Source of the DNA: a virus
Lineage: Duplodnaviria > Caudoviricetes
DNA length: 55,658 nucleotides
IMG/VR virus record: IMGVR_UViG_3300025687_000056
Location: 1-55,658 of that record
Reading direction: 5' to 3' (one strand)
In this document: positions 28,139-36,641 of the stretch, piece after piece
How the letters are laid out: every line of letters starts with the position of its first letter
Position numbering within the stretch: the stretch's first letter is position 1
Translations under genes and position numbers: made by a program
The notes under the pieces: model-generated
Told to the model about the DNA's origin: nothing
Database searches by the model: none
The model's input: only the letters and a program-made list of their open reading frames with translations

Positions 28139-29977
28139 TTAAAAAGTATTAATTAATTTAATATATTTTTTTATTTTATCAGGATCATTATGTAAAGGAA
28201 TTAAAGACAAAATTAATGATTTAGTAATTATTTTTATTTTTTCAAAGTCTTCATTTACTTGATTTTTAAAAAAAGATAATAAATTGTCTTTATATGATTT
28301 TTTAATTTTTTTATCCATTAATATTTCATCATATCCTATTAATGATTGATATATTTTAGCATAATCATAAAGAGATAAACCATAACAAGTTTTTTTAGTT
28401 CCTACTATTCCTCTAACATCAACAAATTTTATATCCTCCACAGTAGTTAATAATATATTACTAAAAACACAATCTCCATGAATCATTACACTTTTATAAC
28501 CTTCATTTTCAATATAGGTTAATTGGTCTTTAATTTGTATAATATCATCTTCATTTACACCATATAGTTTATAATCATACATGGCTATTCTTTTAGAAAA
28601 TTTATCACTTAAATTAGGGTAACTATAATATATTTCATTGTTTTCTATATTATTATGTAATAATTTTATTTTATCAAATAAAAGTTGAAGATGATCAGTT
28701 GTGAGAATATTATTTACATACATTGTACTAAAATTAATACCTTCAATTGTTTCAAGTTCTAAACTATTATTAGTATAAGAAATTAATTTAGGAAACAATT
28801 TTTGAATTTCTTCAGTTCCATTATCTTGAACCCACTTATAATATTCTATTTCACCTTGAAGTTTAGGATCTAAAGATTTTTTTATAAATGTATTTCCTAT
28901 TTCAACTTCATTAAAATGTCTAGCAGAAACATCTTCCATATAAAACCCTAATGTTTTATTTAAATCAGTTTTTGGATTTATCATCAAATCATCAACATAA
29001 TAATGAGCATAAGGTTTTCCAAAATATAACTCATCATATGGAATATTATATTTTTCTAATGTTTCAATTGTAATTTTTCCAATATCAGCTATTACTCCTC
29101 CAATATTACCACTATGGGTTCTCATTCTTCTAGCAGTATAAATAATAATAGTATGACCTTTTTCTTTTAATTTTTTTAAATAATTAATAGTGTCAAGTAT
29201 TGGTTCTACTGAAGTATAATCATCTTTAATTTTAGGGTATGTGACTAATGTATTATCTAAATCAAAACAAAATCTCTTCTTTGGAATATCATATGTTTTA
29301 GAAAACTGGATAATTTGTTGGGGGGTTCCAAGTACATGGAAATCTGTGACTTTAATAGGAATAAATTTTTCCCCTTTTTCAATCATTTTTTCTATAACTT
29401 GAGAAGTATATAATTCATGTTCATTTTTAAATCCAATTTCTAATATTTGTTTTTTTAATGTTTGAGAATCTTTAAAAACATAACAACCACTATTAGCATT
29501 ATTTGAAATTTTAATTTTCTCTTTTATATTAATAATTGAGTTATCTTTTATTTGAATATAAGAATAAATAGGGTTTGGATTTTTAGATTCAAAATAAAGA
29601 ACAGAGTTTTCTTCTACTGTTTTAATTTTTTCAAGTATATTTTCTTCATACCAAGTATCCCCATCTAAAACAATAACTTTACCTTCAATTTTAAAACAAT
29701 CTAACCCCATTAATACAGTTTCAGAAGCTCCTCTAGTATTAGGAATAGGAGCTAATTGGATATTAGGATATTTTGAATTTATAATTTCACTAAAATTATA
29801 ATATTCTAGATACTCATTATACGGAATAAAAATTTTATCATCTTTAGTTATTTTTAAAGAGTCTAAAAGCCAAAAAATAATTTCTTTACCTAAAACTTTA
29901 ATTAAAGGTTTAGGCATATGGTATCCATATTCAGAAAATCTTTTTCCTACACCACCTAAAGGAATTAATATATTCAT
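28139..29977 (-). CDS. tri-domain sugar-nucleotide enzyme: nucleotidyltransferase + HAD phosphatase + APH/choline-kinase-like kinase
   Basis: N-terminal IPLGGVGKRF...PKPL..V.GK and LGTP; middle FCFDLDNTL...YTAR...FGKP...YVDD; C-terminal HGDCVFSNIL...FVD..G...YDYAK. Confidence 0.85.
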   Translation of the reverse strand: MNILIPLGGVGKRFSEYGYHMPKPLIKVLGKEIIFWLLDSLKITKDDKIFIPYNEYLEYYNFSEIINSKYPNIQLAPIPNTRGASETVLMGLDCFKIEGKVIVLDGDTWYEENILEKIKTVEENSVLYFESKNPNPIYSYIQIKDNSIINIKEKIKISNNANSGCYVFKDSQTLKKQILEIGFKNEHELYTSQVIEKMIEKGEKFIPIKVTDFHVLGTPQQIIQFSKTYDIPKKRFCFDLDNTLVTYPKIKDDYTSVEPILDTINYLKKLKEKGHTIIIYTARRMRTHSGNIGGVIADIGKITIETLEKYNIPYDELYFGKPYAHYYVDDLMINPKTDLNKTLGFYMEDVSARHFNEVEIGNTFIKKSLDPKLQGEIEYYKWVQDNGTEEIQKLFPKLISYTNNSLELETIEGINFSTMYVNNILTTDHLQLLFDKIKLLHNNIENNEIYYSYPNLSDKFSKRIAMYDYKLYGVNEDDIIQIKDQLTYIENEGYKSVMIHGDCVFSNILLTTVEDIKFVDVRGIVGTKKTCYGLSLYDYAKIYQSLIGYDEILMDKKIKKSYKDNLLSFFKNQVNEDFEKIKIITKSLILSLIPLHNDPDKIKKYIKLINTF

Positions 29978-31056
29978 TTTGCTATAAATCTACAATTAAG
30001 TTTATCATATGTGTCATTATTCACATAAGTAGTTATTGTATGTTCTTTATTATCATACATCATTTTACTCATAAAAACCATATCTTCTTGTCTATCAATA
30101 ATATCGTAACACCAAGCTTTAGGAGATAAGGTTACTTTTTTATAATAACCTTTGTTTGAAACTATTTCAACATCAACAGAATCATAATCCATATTTAAAT
30201 AAAAAAGTACTAATCTGTTTTTATCAGGTTTGTGACCACCATCAACATCAAGTCTAGCTATCTTTGGAATGTCTTTCCATTTATCAGTCCATAAACCTGA
30301 GGATGAAATTCTATCAAATTGGGAATTTGGAAATTGAGTTCGAGTAAAATTATGGTAAAAAGTTCCTTGAATGTTTTCTTTTAAATTATAATTAAACACC
30401 ATAGCAAGAATATATTCACTCCATTTACCAACATATCCTATTTTTTTACATAAAGACCAAAATTCATTATCGTTTTTCACATAATCAAATCCCTGAAGTG
30501 TTTTGTTTGAGTATCCACAAAAATGTAAATCAATTAAAAATTGGTAATTTTGTGCCCATTTACCTTCTTGACGTTTACCATATATTAAAAATTCTTCATT
30601 TTCAAATTTATTAAGGTCATCTAATATGGTTTGAAATTCAACTTCATCAAACAACATATCATACTCAATCCTAAAAACTTTTTCATATCCAAGTTTTTTA
30701 GCTTCTTTAGATGCAAATATAAAACCGTTATAAACATTGGCCACATGGTCTGATACTCCTTCTAGAGGCATCCAATTTTCTAATGTTTTTCCTTCTACCT
30801 CAAAATACACATAAGGCATATCATATTGTTTATTTTCTAATACATCATTAGGAGGATATCCTACTAAAAAACCATCAAGATATTCACAATAATAGTCAAC
30901 ATATTGTTCAATACCCCAAGAATTATTAAATTTATTAATTAATAATATTTTTCTTTGGGGGTCTAATTTTTTAAGTTGGTTAATTAATTCAAGGGTGACT
31001 TCAAATTTATCTTTAGAAGTTAAATAACCATCTATAACATACAATATATTACTCAT
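29974..31056 (-). CDS. hypothetical protein, possible GT-A-like glycosyltransferase
   Basis: 360 aa inside the glycan operon; KVFRIEYD resembles a DxD-position motif. Confidence 0.5.
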   Translation of the reverse strand: MSNILYVIDGYLTSKDKFEVTLELINQLKKLDPQRKILLINKFNNSWGIEQYVDYYCEYLDGFLVGYPPNDVLENKQYDMPYVYFEVEGKTLENWMPLEGVSDHVANVYNGFIFASKEAKKLGYEKVFRIEYDMLFDEVEFQTILDDLNKFENEEFLIYGKRQEGKWAQNYQFLIDLHFCGYSNKTLQGFDYVKNDNEFWSLCKKIGYVGKWSEYILAMVFNYNLKENIQGTFYHNFTRTQFPNSQFDRISSSGLWTDKWKDIPKIARLDVDGGHKPDKNRLVLFYLNMDYDSVDVEIVSNKGYYKKVTLSPKAWCYDIIDRQEDMVFMSKMMYDNKEHTITTYVNNDTYDKLNCRFIAK

Positions 31057-31066
31057 GGTTTTTTAT

Positions 31067-31738
31067 TCAACGATTATCAATATGGATTATAACTTGATTA
31101 TAATATTCTATAAAATGTTCATTCCACAAATCCCATTTAATACCTTGACCATCAACTGAAAATAAATCATGGTTTGGGAATAATTTTAAATATATATCCC
31201 TAAACTCTCTAAATTGTTCTTTTTGTTTTGGAGTTTCTAAATGCCATTCACCTACTATTTTTCTAATATTTTCTTTTATCCACCAAATATTTTCTCTATT
31301 GAATATTTCATACTCACCTCCCTCACAATCTGTTTTTAAAAAATCAATGCTGGAAATGTTATATTCATCAATAAAAGTTTTAAATCTTATACTTTCAACT
31401 GTTTCAATTTTATTAACAGAACCATATACTTCAAATTCATCATACCCATCTATATTAGATATACCTTTAGGTATTATTGTATAATTTAAACCATTAAGAT
31501 TATTTTTTAAAGATGTTAATTCTTCTTTACTAGGTTCAAAACAGTAAACATGTTTTGGGTTTTTTTCTTTAATTACAAAAGGAAAAGGACCATTGCTAGC
31601 TCCAAAGTCAACAACAATATCATTTTCTTCAACTTCAAAAAGTCTAGTGTATAAATTATAGTTTGAAAATTCTTTAATAATTTGTTCTTTGTACCAATCA
31701 TTGGCGGTACCCCAATCAAAAGTTGTAAAATCTATCAT
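31067..31738 (-). CDS. FkbM family SAM-dependent methyltransferase
   Basis: VVDFGASNG, CFEP, IDFLKTDCEGGEY, GEWH. Confidence 0.9.
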   Translation of the reverse strand: MIDFTTFDWGTANDWYKEQIIKEFSNYNLYTRLFEVEENDIVVDFGASNGPFPFVIKEKNPKHVYCFEPSKEELTSLKNNLNGLNYTIIPKGISNIDGYDEFEVYGSVNKIETVESIRFKTFIDEYNISSIDFLKTDCEGGEYEIFNRENIWWIKENIRKIVGEWHLETPKQKEQFREFRDIYLKLFPNHDLFSVDGQGIKWDLWNEHFIEYYNQVIIHIDNR

Positions 31739-34017
31739 AATTTTAATTTATTAAATACTTGTAAGGGTGTTATTGATTTTTGACATATATGTTGATATTC
31801 AGTTCCTTTATAGACGGGGCACCAGTCCCAATCACCAGCATCAAAAATATGTACTGGATCATTCCAACATTTTATACATAAATCATTTGTTATTTTAGTT
31901 AAATTAGAAGTAAATTCATGCCCTTCTTTAACAAAACCATTAATCATATAAGTATGATTTCCTAATGCCCAATTGATCCAAGATAATCCTGAACCTAGTC
32001 CTATAAAGGCTTCGGCGTAATGTAAATAAGTAGCTACCTCATCCCATGATTTACCATACAGATTTAAACCATAAGATATTTTATATTCAGTTCCTGTTAT
32101 AACAACTATATCATAACCAATTTGTTTTAACATTTTAGCTAATGATTTCCAATTATTATAAGTCCATTCTTTACATCCTGAAGTTGCTTGTGGTCCAAAA
32201 ACTATATATTTTTTCTTTTTTGGTCTTAATCCTATATTAAAATTAATTCCATAGTTTAATTCTTTAAATTCTAAACCTAAAATATCTGTAGCTGTTTGTT
32301 GTAAAGGAATTAAATTTACTTGGTTAGGATACATTTCAAATTTATTCCATTTACCAGAATCTCCTTTAAACCATCCTATTTGATATTTAACATCACATTT
32401 TGTAGACTGGCCAGGTTCTAAAAATTCAATATCTTTATATGGTTCTAATTCTTTAAACCAATTATTATGGAATGTACTTAAAATAACTTTACAATTATGT
32501 TTTTTAGCAAAATCAACAGCATATGGTGCCCATGCTATTGTATCACCTATTGATTTTGAGTCTAAAGCTATTAATACCCGTTTATTATCTAAAGTAAATT
32601 CATCTATTATATCTCCATTAACTTTAATTTTCCATTTAGTATAATACACTCTAGAACATTTAGTCCACATATTATTTGTAATAGTATCTTTATGAACAAT
32701 ATTATTATTTTCATCTAAAAATTCAATATAATATTCCTGATCATTTTCTCCTGTGATTTCTACTTTAGGACCTTCTAAATAACTAATGTTTATTTTATTA
32801 TTTTGAGGGATATGGGGATGTTTTTTATGAAATTCTAATAATGTGTTATAACCTATTTTTCCTATATTTTCCCAACTAAAATTACGTCTAATTTCTTCTG
32901 ATTCTTTTAATGCTCTTTTTTTACATTCATCATGTTTTATATAAGAATACATCATCATTAATTGTAAATGATTAAAATCAGGTTCATAATAGTTACCTGG
33001 AAGATCACTCATTTTATATCTAGCATATGAGTTTATATCAGCTGGTTTTTCTCCTAAAATATTTACTGGTATTCCTTTATTTTGGGCAAATTCAAGTTGG
33101 CCTGAACAATTGGAGTAAATTGAAGGTGTTCCACAAGCCATTGCTTCAATTAAAGGTAAATTCCAACCTTCAGAACGGGAACAAGATAAAAATACATTAC
33201 ATGATTTTAATATTTTAATATAATCTTCTCTTGAAGGAAAATGAACTATTTTAATACGTGGATCTATTAAATTATAATGAGCTAGTCTTTCTTCTGTTGT
33301 TTCAAACCCATCAATTTCTTTACCAAAAACATTATCTATAGAAACAATTAAATCAACAGGTTCATTATTTGTAAATGTATTTAAAAATGTTTCAATAATT
33401 TCTTTAGTTGATTTTCTATAATCCCATCTACCTGCTAAAAAGAATTTAAATCTACCATCTGATGTTAGTTCATGGGTTGTTTCTTCAGGGTAGAAAATAT
33501 TAGTATCTACACCTTCAGGAACTACTTTAATTTTATCAGAATCATATCCTTGTTTTATTGTTACTTCTTTTTGCCATTTTGACGGAACCCATAATTCATC
33601 AAATTCTTTTAATTTTTCAAAATATTCTTCAGGTTGTAAAGTAGATTCCCAAACATTATAAGCTATTTTAGGACCAACATAACTATCATAAAAATAATGG
33701 TGATTAGTTTCACTTAATACTAAATTAATATCCGGTCTAAAATTTTTAGAGTCTGATGGGTACATTAATATATCAGTTCGATGTGGTTTTTGAGTCCATA
33801 AAGTTTGTTGATACAACATACTTTTATCAATATCAGTTAAATAACTCTCACCATTATGGGGAGTGTCAGACATACCCTCCCAAGAATTTCCTATAGAAAA
33901 ATTTCTAATTTTTAGTTGTAAATATTTATTTAATTCTCTAAAAAAATCTCTTGTATGGTGGTTATAACCTGTATTTCCTATATAAGAACAATGAGCGTAT
34001 ATTTTTAATTTATCCAT
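31735..34017 (-). CDS. GT4 glycosyltransferase fused to an AAH/TibC-like (autotransporter heptosyltransferase-type) protein O-glycosyltransferase
   Basis: N half: TGY, WVPS, GVD, RKS, SRSEGWNLPLIEAMACG (GT4 EX7E). C half: RVLI...SKSIGDTIAW, PLQQTATDILGL, FIGLGSGLSW..WA, and CIKCWND...WCP...ICQKSIT iron finger. Confidence 0.85.
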   Translation of the reverse strand: MDKLKIYAHCSYIGNTGYNHHTRDFFRELNKYLQLKIRNFSIGNSWEGMSDTPHNGESYLTDIDKSMLYQQTLWTQKPHRTDILMYPSDSKNFRPDINLVLSETNHHYFYDSYVGPKIAYNVWESTLQPEEYFEKLKEFDELWVPSKWQKEVTIKQGYDSDKIKVVPEGVDTNIFYPEETTHELTSDGRFKFFLAGRWDYRKSTKEIIETFLNTFTNNEPVDLIVSIDNVFGKEIDGFETTEERLAHYNLIDPRIKIVHFPSREDYIKILKSCNVFLSCSRSEGWNLPLIEAMACGTPSIYSNCSGQLEFAQNKGIPVNILGEKPADINSYARYKMSDLPGNYYEPDFNHLQLMMMYSYIKHDECKKRALKESEEIRRNFSWENIGKIGYNTLLEFHKKHPHIPQNNKINISYLEGPKVEITGENDQEYYIEFLDENNNIVHKDTITNNMWTKCSRVYYTKWKIKVNGDIIDEFTLDNKRVLIALDSKSIGDTIAWAPYAVDFAKKHNCKVILSTFHNNWFKELEPYKDIEFLEPGQSTKCDVKYQIGWFKGDSGKWNKFEMYPNQVNLIPLQQTATDILGLEFKELNYGINFNIGLRPKKKKYIVFGPQATSGCKEWTYNNWKSLAKMLKQIGYDIVVITGTEYKISYGLNLYGKSWDEVATYLHYAEAFIGLGSGLSWINWALGNHTYMINGFVKEGHEFTSNLTKITNDLCIKCWNDPVHIFDAGDWDWCPVYKGTEYQHICQKSITPLQVFNKLKL

Positions 34018-34558
34018 TTATAAATTTATCAATAAAACTTTCTATATTATTTGACCACATTATCATAGCATTATCTTTAATTTTTTGTTCATCCCAGTTC
34101 CACCAAGAAATTAATAATAATTTTTTAATTTGTTCTTCTGTAAATCTATATTTTACAATCTTGCCTGGGTTTCCTGCTATAATAGCATATGGGGGAACAT
34201 CTTTAGTTACTGTTGATCCAGCTGCTATAATGGAACCATTTGAAATTTTAACACCTGACATTATAGTTGATTTAGCACCAATCCAAACATCATTTTCAAT
34301 TATAATGTTTCCTTTACAAGTTGGATGTCCCATATCCATATGCATTTGAGCAATTTCAGGAGTAACAGGTCCCCATAATTGAGAAGATGTAGTTATCCAA
34401 TCAGATCTATGGTTAGCATGAAGAAAAAAGTTACAATCTCTTCCAATTGAATTATATTTACCTAAAATTATTTTATAATCATCACTCCATGATATAATAT
34501 TAACATTACGATCAAAGTACGTACCTATATCTGATATCCATAAATGTATATTTTCCAT
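34010..34558 (-). CDS. hexapeptide-repeat (LbH) O-acetyltransferase, CatB/Vat-like
   Basis: IGKY-like N part, IENDVWIG, IAAGSTVTKDVPPYAIIAGNPG..VKYRF, WWNW. Confidence 0.88.
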   Translation of the reverse strand: MENIHLWISDIGTYFDRNVNIISWSDDYKIILGKYNSIGRDCNFFLHANHRSDWITTSSQLWGPVTPEIAQMHMDMGHPTCKGNIIIENDVWIGAKSTIMSGVKISNGSIIAAGSTVTKDVPPYAIIAGNPGKIVKYRFTEEQIKKLLLISWWNWDEQKIKDNAMIMWSNNIESFIDKFING

Positions 34559-34564
34559 AATATT

Positions 34565-35353
34565 TTATGTTTTATGAAGTTTAAATTCATCATCATAAGA
34601 AATCCAATAAGTATAATTATTAGATATTAAGGATAAAATAGATCTAAATAAATATTTTTCATTCCAATCAAAAAAGATCCACACATCTTGAGGGGACTCA
34701 GTTAAAGCAAAATCAACAATATATTCATTTCTGACATCATATATATCATATCCTAAATTTACAATTTCATGAGTAAAATCAATTTGAACTTGTTCAATAT
34801 CTTTATAATTATTACTTAAAACATGAGGTAATGAACCTAACTTATTATAAACTTCATTTAATACTTTAGTTGAAGATATTCCGGTGGTGTGTCCTAAATG
34901 TTTTTTGTTATTACACCAACCATTAGCTTCTCTAACAACCATTCCAAAATAACCACAATTTGGAGAAGTTAAAAATTTATTTTTAAGATATATGTCCCAA
35001 TTATCCTCAACAAAAAAATAATCATCTTCATTAAAAATAAAATAATCATATTTACTTCTATGTTTTTCAAATAATTCTGAAAAGGCAGCAAAACTCATTC
35101 CTATATTATTTCTAAAATTTATCTCAATTTCAGTACCGTTAATAAATTTAGGTACTATTTTAAAGATTTCAGAGACATATTCATAATCTTCTTCTCTAAT
35201 ATTAAAAGTAAAAATAACTTTTGATAAAGAATTTTTTATTTTATATAAATATTCTATTTGTTTTTTAAGCAAAAAAAGTTTATCATTAGTATATTCAGGA
35301 AGTTGTTTACGTCTTTCACCTAAATAAAAGTTAATAATATAACAGGTTTTCAT
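34565..35353 (-). CDS. putative GT-A fold glycosyltransferase
   Basis: RNNIGMSF...YDYFIFNEDDY motif; first gene of the glycan operon. Confidence 0.6.
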   Translation of the reverse strand: MKTCYIINFYLGERRKQLPEYTNDKLFLLKKQIEYLYKIKNSLSKVIFTFNIREEDYEYVSEIFKIVPKFINGTEIEINFRNNIGMSFAAFSELFEKHRSKYDYFIFNEDDYFFVEDNWDIYLKNKFLTSPNCGYFGMVVREANGWCNNKKHLGHTTGISSTKVLNEVYNKLGSLPHVLSNNYKDIEQVQIDFTHEIVNLGYDIYDVRNEYIVDFALTESPQDVWIFFDWNEKYLFRSILSLISNNYTYWISYDDEFKLHKT

Positions 35354-35381
35354 TTTTAAAAATATAGGATTTATAACTATT

Positions 35382-35413
35382 CTAATATAATAAAACTATT
35401 TTAAAAAACCAAA
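35382..35413 (-). promoter_or_regulatory. class I promoter driving the glycosylation island
   Basis: TTTG-N20-TATATTAG, with the same spacing as the replication-module promoters. Confidence 0.65.
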
Positions 35414-35415
35414 TT

Positions 35416-35613
35416 TTATTGTGGGATTCCTACTTTATCTTGAAAATACTGTTGTAAGAAAGTTTGAGTGTAAAAATAATATCTTGGATTAACTCCACTT
35501 AATCTATATCGAGAACCTACTTCTTTACATTTATTTAAAATAGTTTCCTCTAAAGTAGATGAAGGTGTATAACCTAAAAATTGTCTTGTTGATATAAAAG
35601 TTTCAGTCGGCAT
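35416..35613 (-). CDS. small hypothetical protein
   Basis: 65-aa ORF tightly packed after the putative adhesin. Confidence 0.6.
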   Translation of the reverse strand: MPTETFISTRQFLGYTPSSTLEETILNKCKEVGSRYRLSGVNPRYYFYTQTFLQQYFQDKVGIPQ

Positions 35614-35614
35614 A

Positions 35615-36292
35615 TTAATAAACAGTTACTACTACACTTAATCCAGTTGCTGCTCCAAAATTAGCAACAGCCGCTGCTCCATAAGTTGTCCAGTCAAATA
35701 AATTACTACCTCCTCCAATACCAGCACCCCCAACATAATTTGTTCCATTTATATCTATATCACATGATCCTCCTCCAAATCCTGGATCCATATTAACATC
35801 TATATACCAATAACCTTGAGCTATAATAGGGGTACTATTTTGAGATATATCTGTAGGTCCATAAGAAGTACCTGTTGGTACACCTCCTGAGTTTCCAGCT
35901 AAATAAAGATAAGTTCCTGAATTATCATAAAATGATAAGGTACAGTCTTGTACATCATTATTAAGTGGAGGTGGAGGTGGAGGAGGTGGAGTTAAATTAT
36001 TTATTACAGTTAATTGTACTTGATAAGTACTTTGGTCATAAAAATAAGTTAAATTAGCGAAATCTTCTACTCTAAAAGGTCCTGAGGTACTAACTGAAAG
36101 ACCATATATTCTATTTAATCCTACATTGGCACTTTGGCCCCATCCATTATAAGAGATAGTATTATCTCCATTAGGTCCTTGAAAATAACTATAAGAGGCT
36201 AGATCTTTAAAACTAACATTTGTACCTGTACCTCCATTAGCTTCATTGTAGATATCTCCATTTATTTTAATATTTGAAGAAGGTACAGCCAC
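35615..36292 (-). CDS. putative fibre-tip adhesin (gp38-like arrangement) with a poly-proline linker
   Basis: GTG start. [15 protein letters not shown]...VSFKDL...PFRVEDF resembles small adhesins encoded after S74-containing fibres. Pro8 tract at 35966-35989; Gly/aromatic-rich C-terminus. Confidence 0.55.
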   Translation of the reverse strand: MAVPSSNIKINGDIYNEANGGTGTNVSFKDLASYSYFQGPNGDNTISYNGWGQSANVGLNRIYGLSVSTSGPFRVEDFANLTYFYDQSTYQVQLTVINNLTPPPPPPPPLNNDVQDCTLSFYDNSGTYLYLAGNSGGVPTGTSYGPTDISQNSTPIIAQGYWYIDVNMDPGFGGGSCDIDINGTNYVGGAGIGGGSNLFDWTTYGAAAVANFGAATGLSVVVTVY

Positions 36293-36294
36293 TG

Positions 36295-36639
36295 TTATGT
36301 AGTTATATTAGTAATAGTAAAAGTAGTTCCAGGTGATAAAGCTTCTAATTGATTTACTACTTCTGATGTTACCCAATATAAATACTTATCTGTTACATTT
36401 GTTCCAAAAGTATCAATAGGAGAAGATCCTGTTATATAAAAACCTATACTAGTTATATGTCTATCAGCTCCACCCATAGTAGGGATAGAACTAGTTACAA
36501 ATGTCATATAATCCTTATACATTCTAGTTTCAACAGGAATTTCATCTCCTGTAGAAGCTAAATAAGGAGTTATTCTAAAATAAGGAGCATCATAACTAGC
36601 GTTATTGTAAGTAAAAGTACCTGTGGCTTGTATTCCCAT
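36295..36639 (-). CDS. fibre-associated hypothetical protein
   Basis: 114-aa T/S-rich ORF starting 2 nt after the giant fibre stop. Confidence 0.65.
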   Translation of the reverse strand: MGIQATGTFTYNNASYDAPYFRITPYLASTGDEIPVETRMYKDYMTFVTSSIPTMGGADRHITSIGFYITGSSPIDTFGTNVTDKYLYWVTSEVVNQLEALSPGTTFTITNITT

Positions 36640-36641
36640 AA

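Noticed and set aside
34010-34558. Phage-borne catB/vat antibiotic resistance gene
   Set aside because: The LbH acetyltransferase family is broad, and overlap with a glycosyltransferase makes glycan acetylation more likely. No gene symbol assigned.
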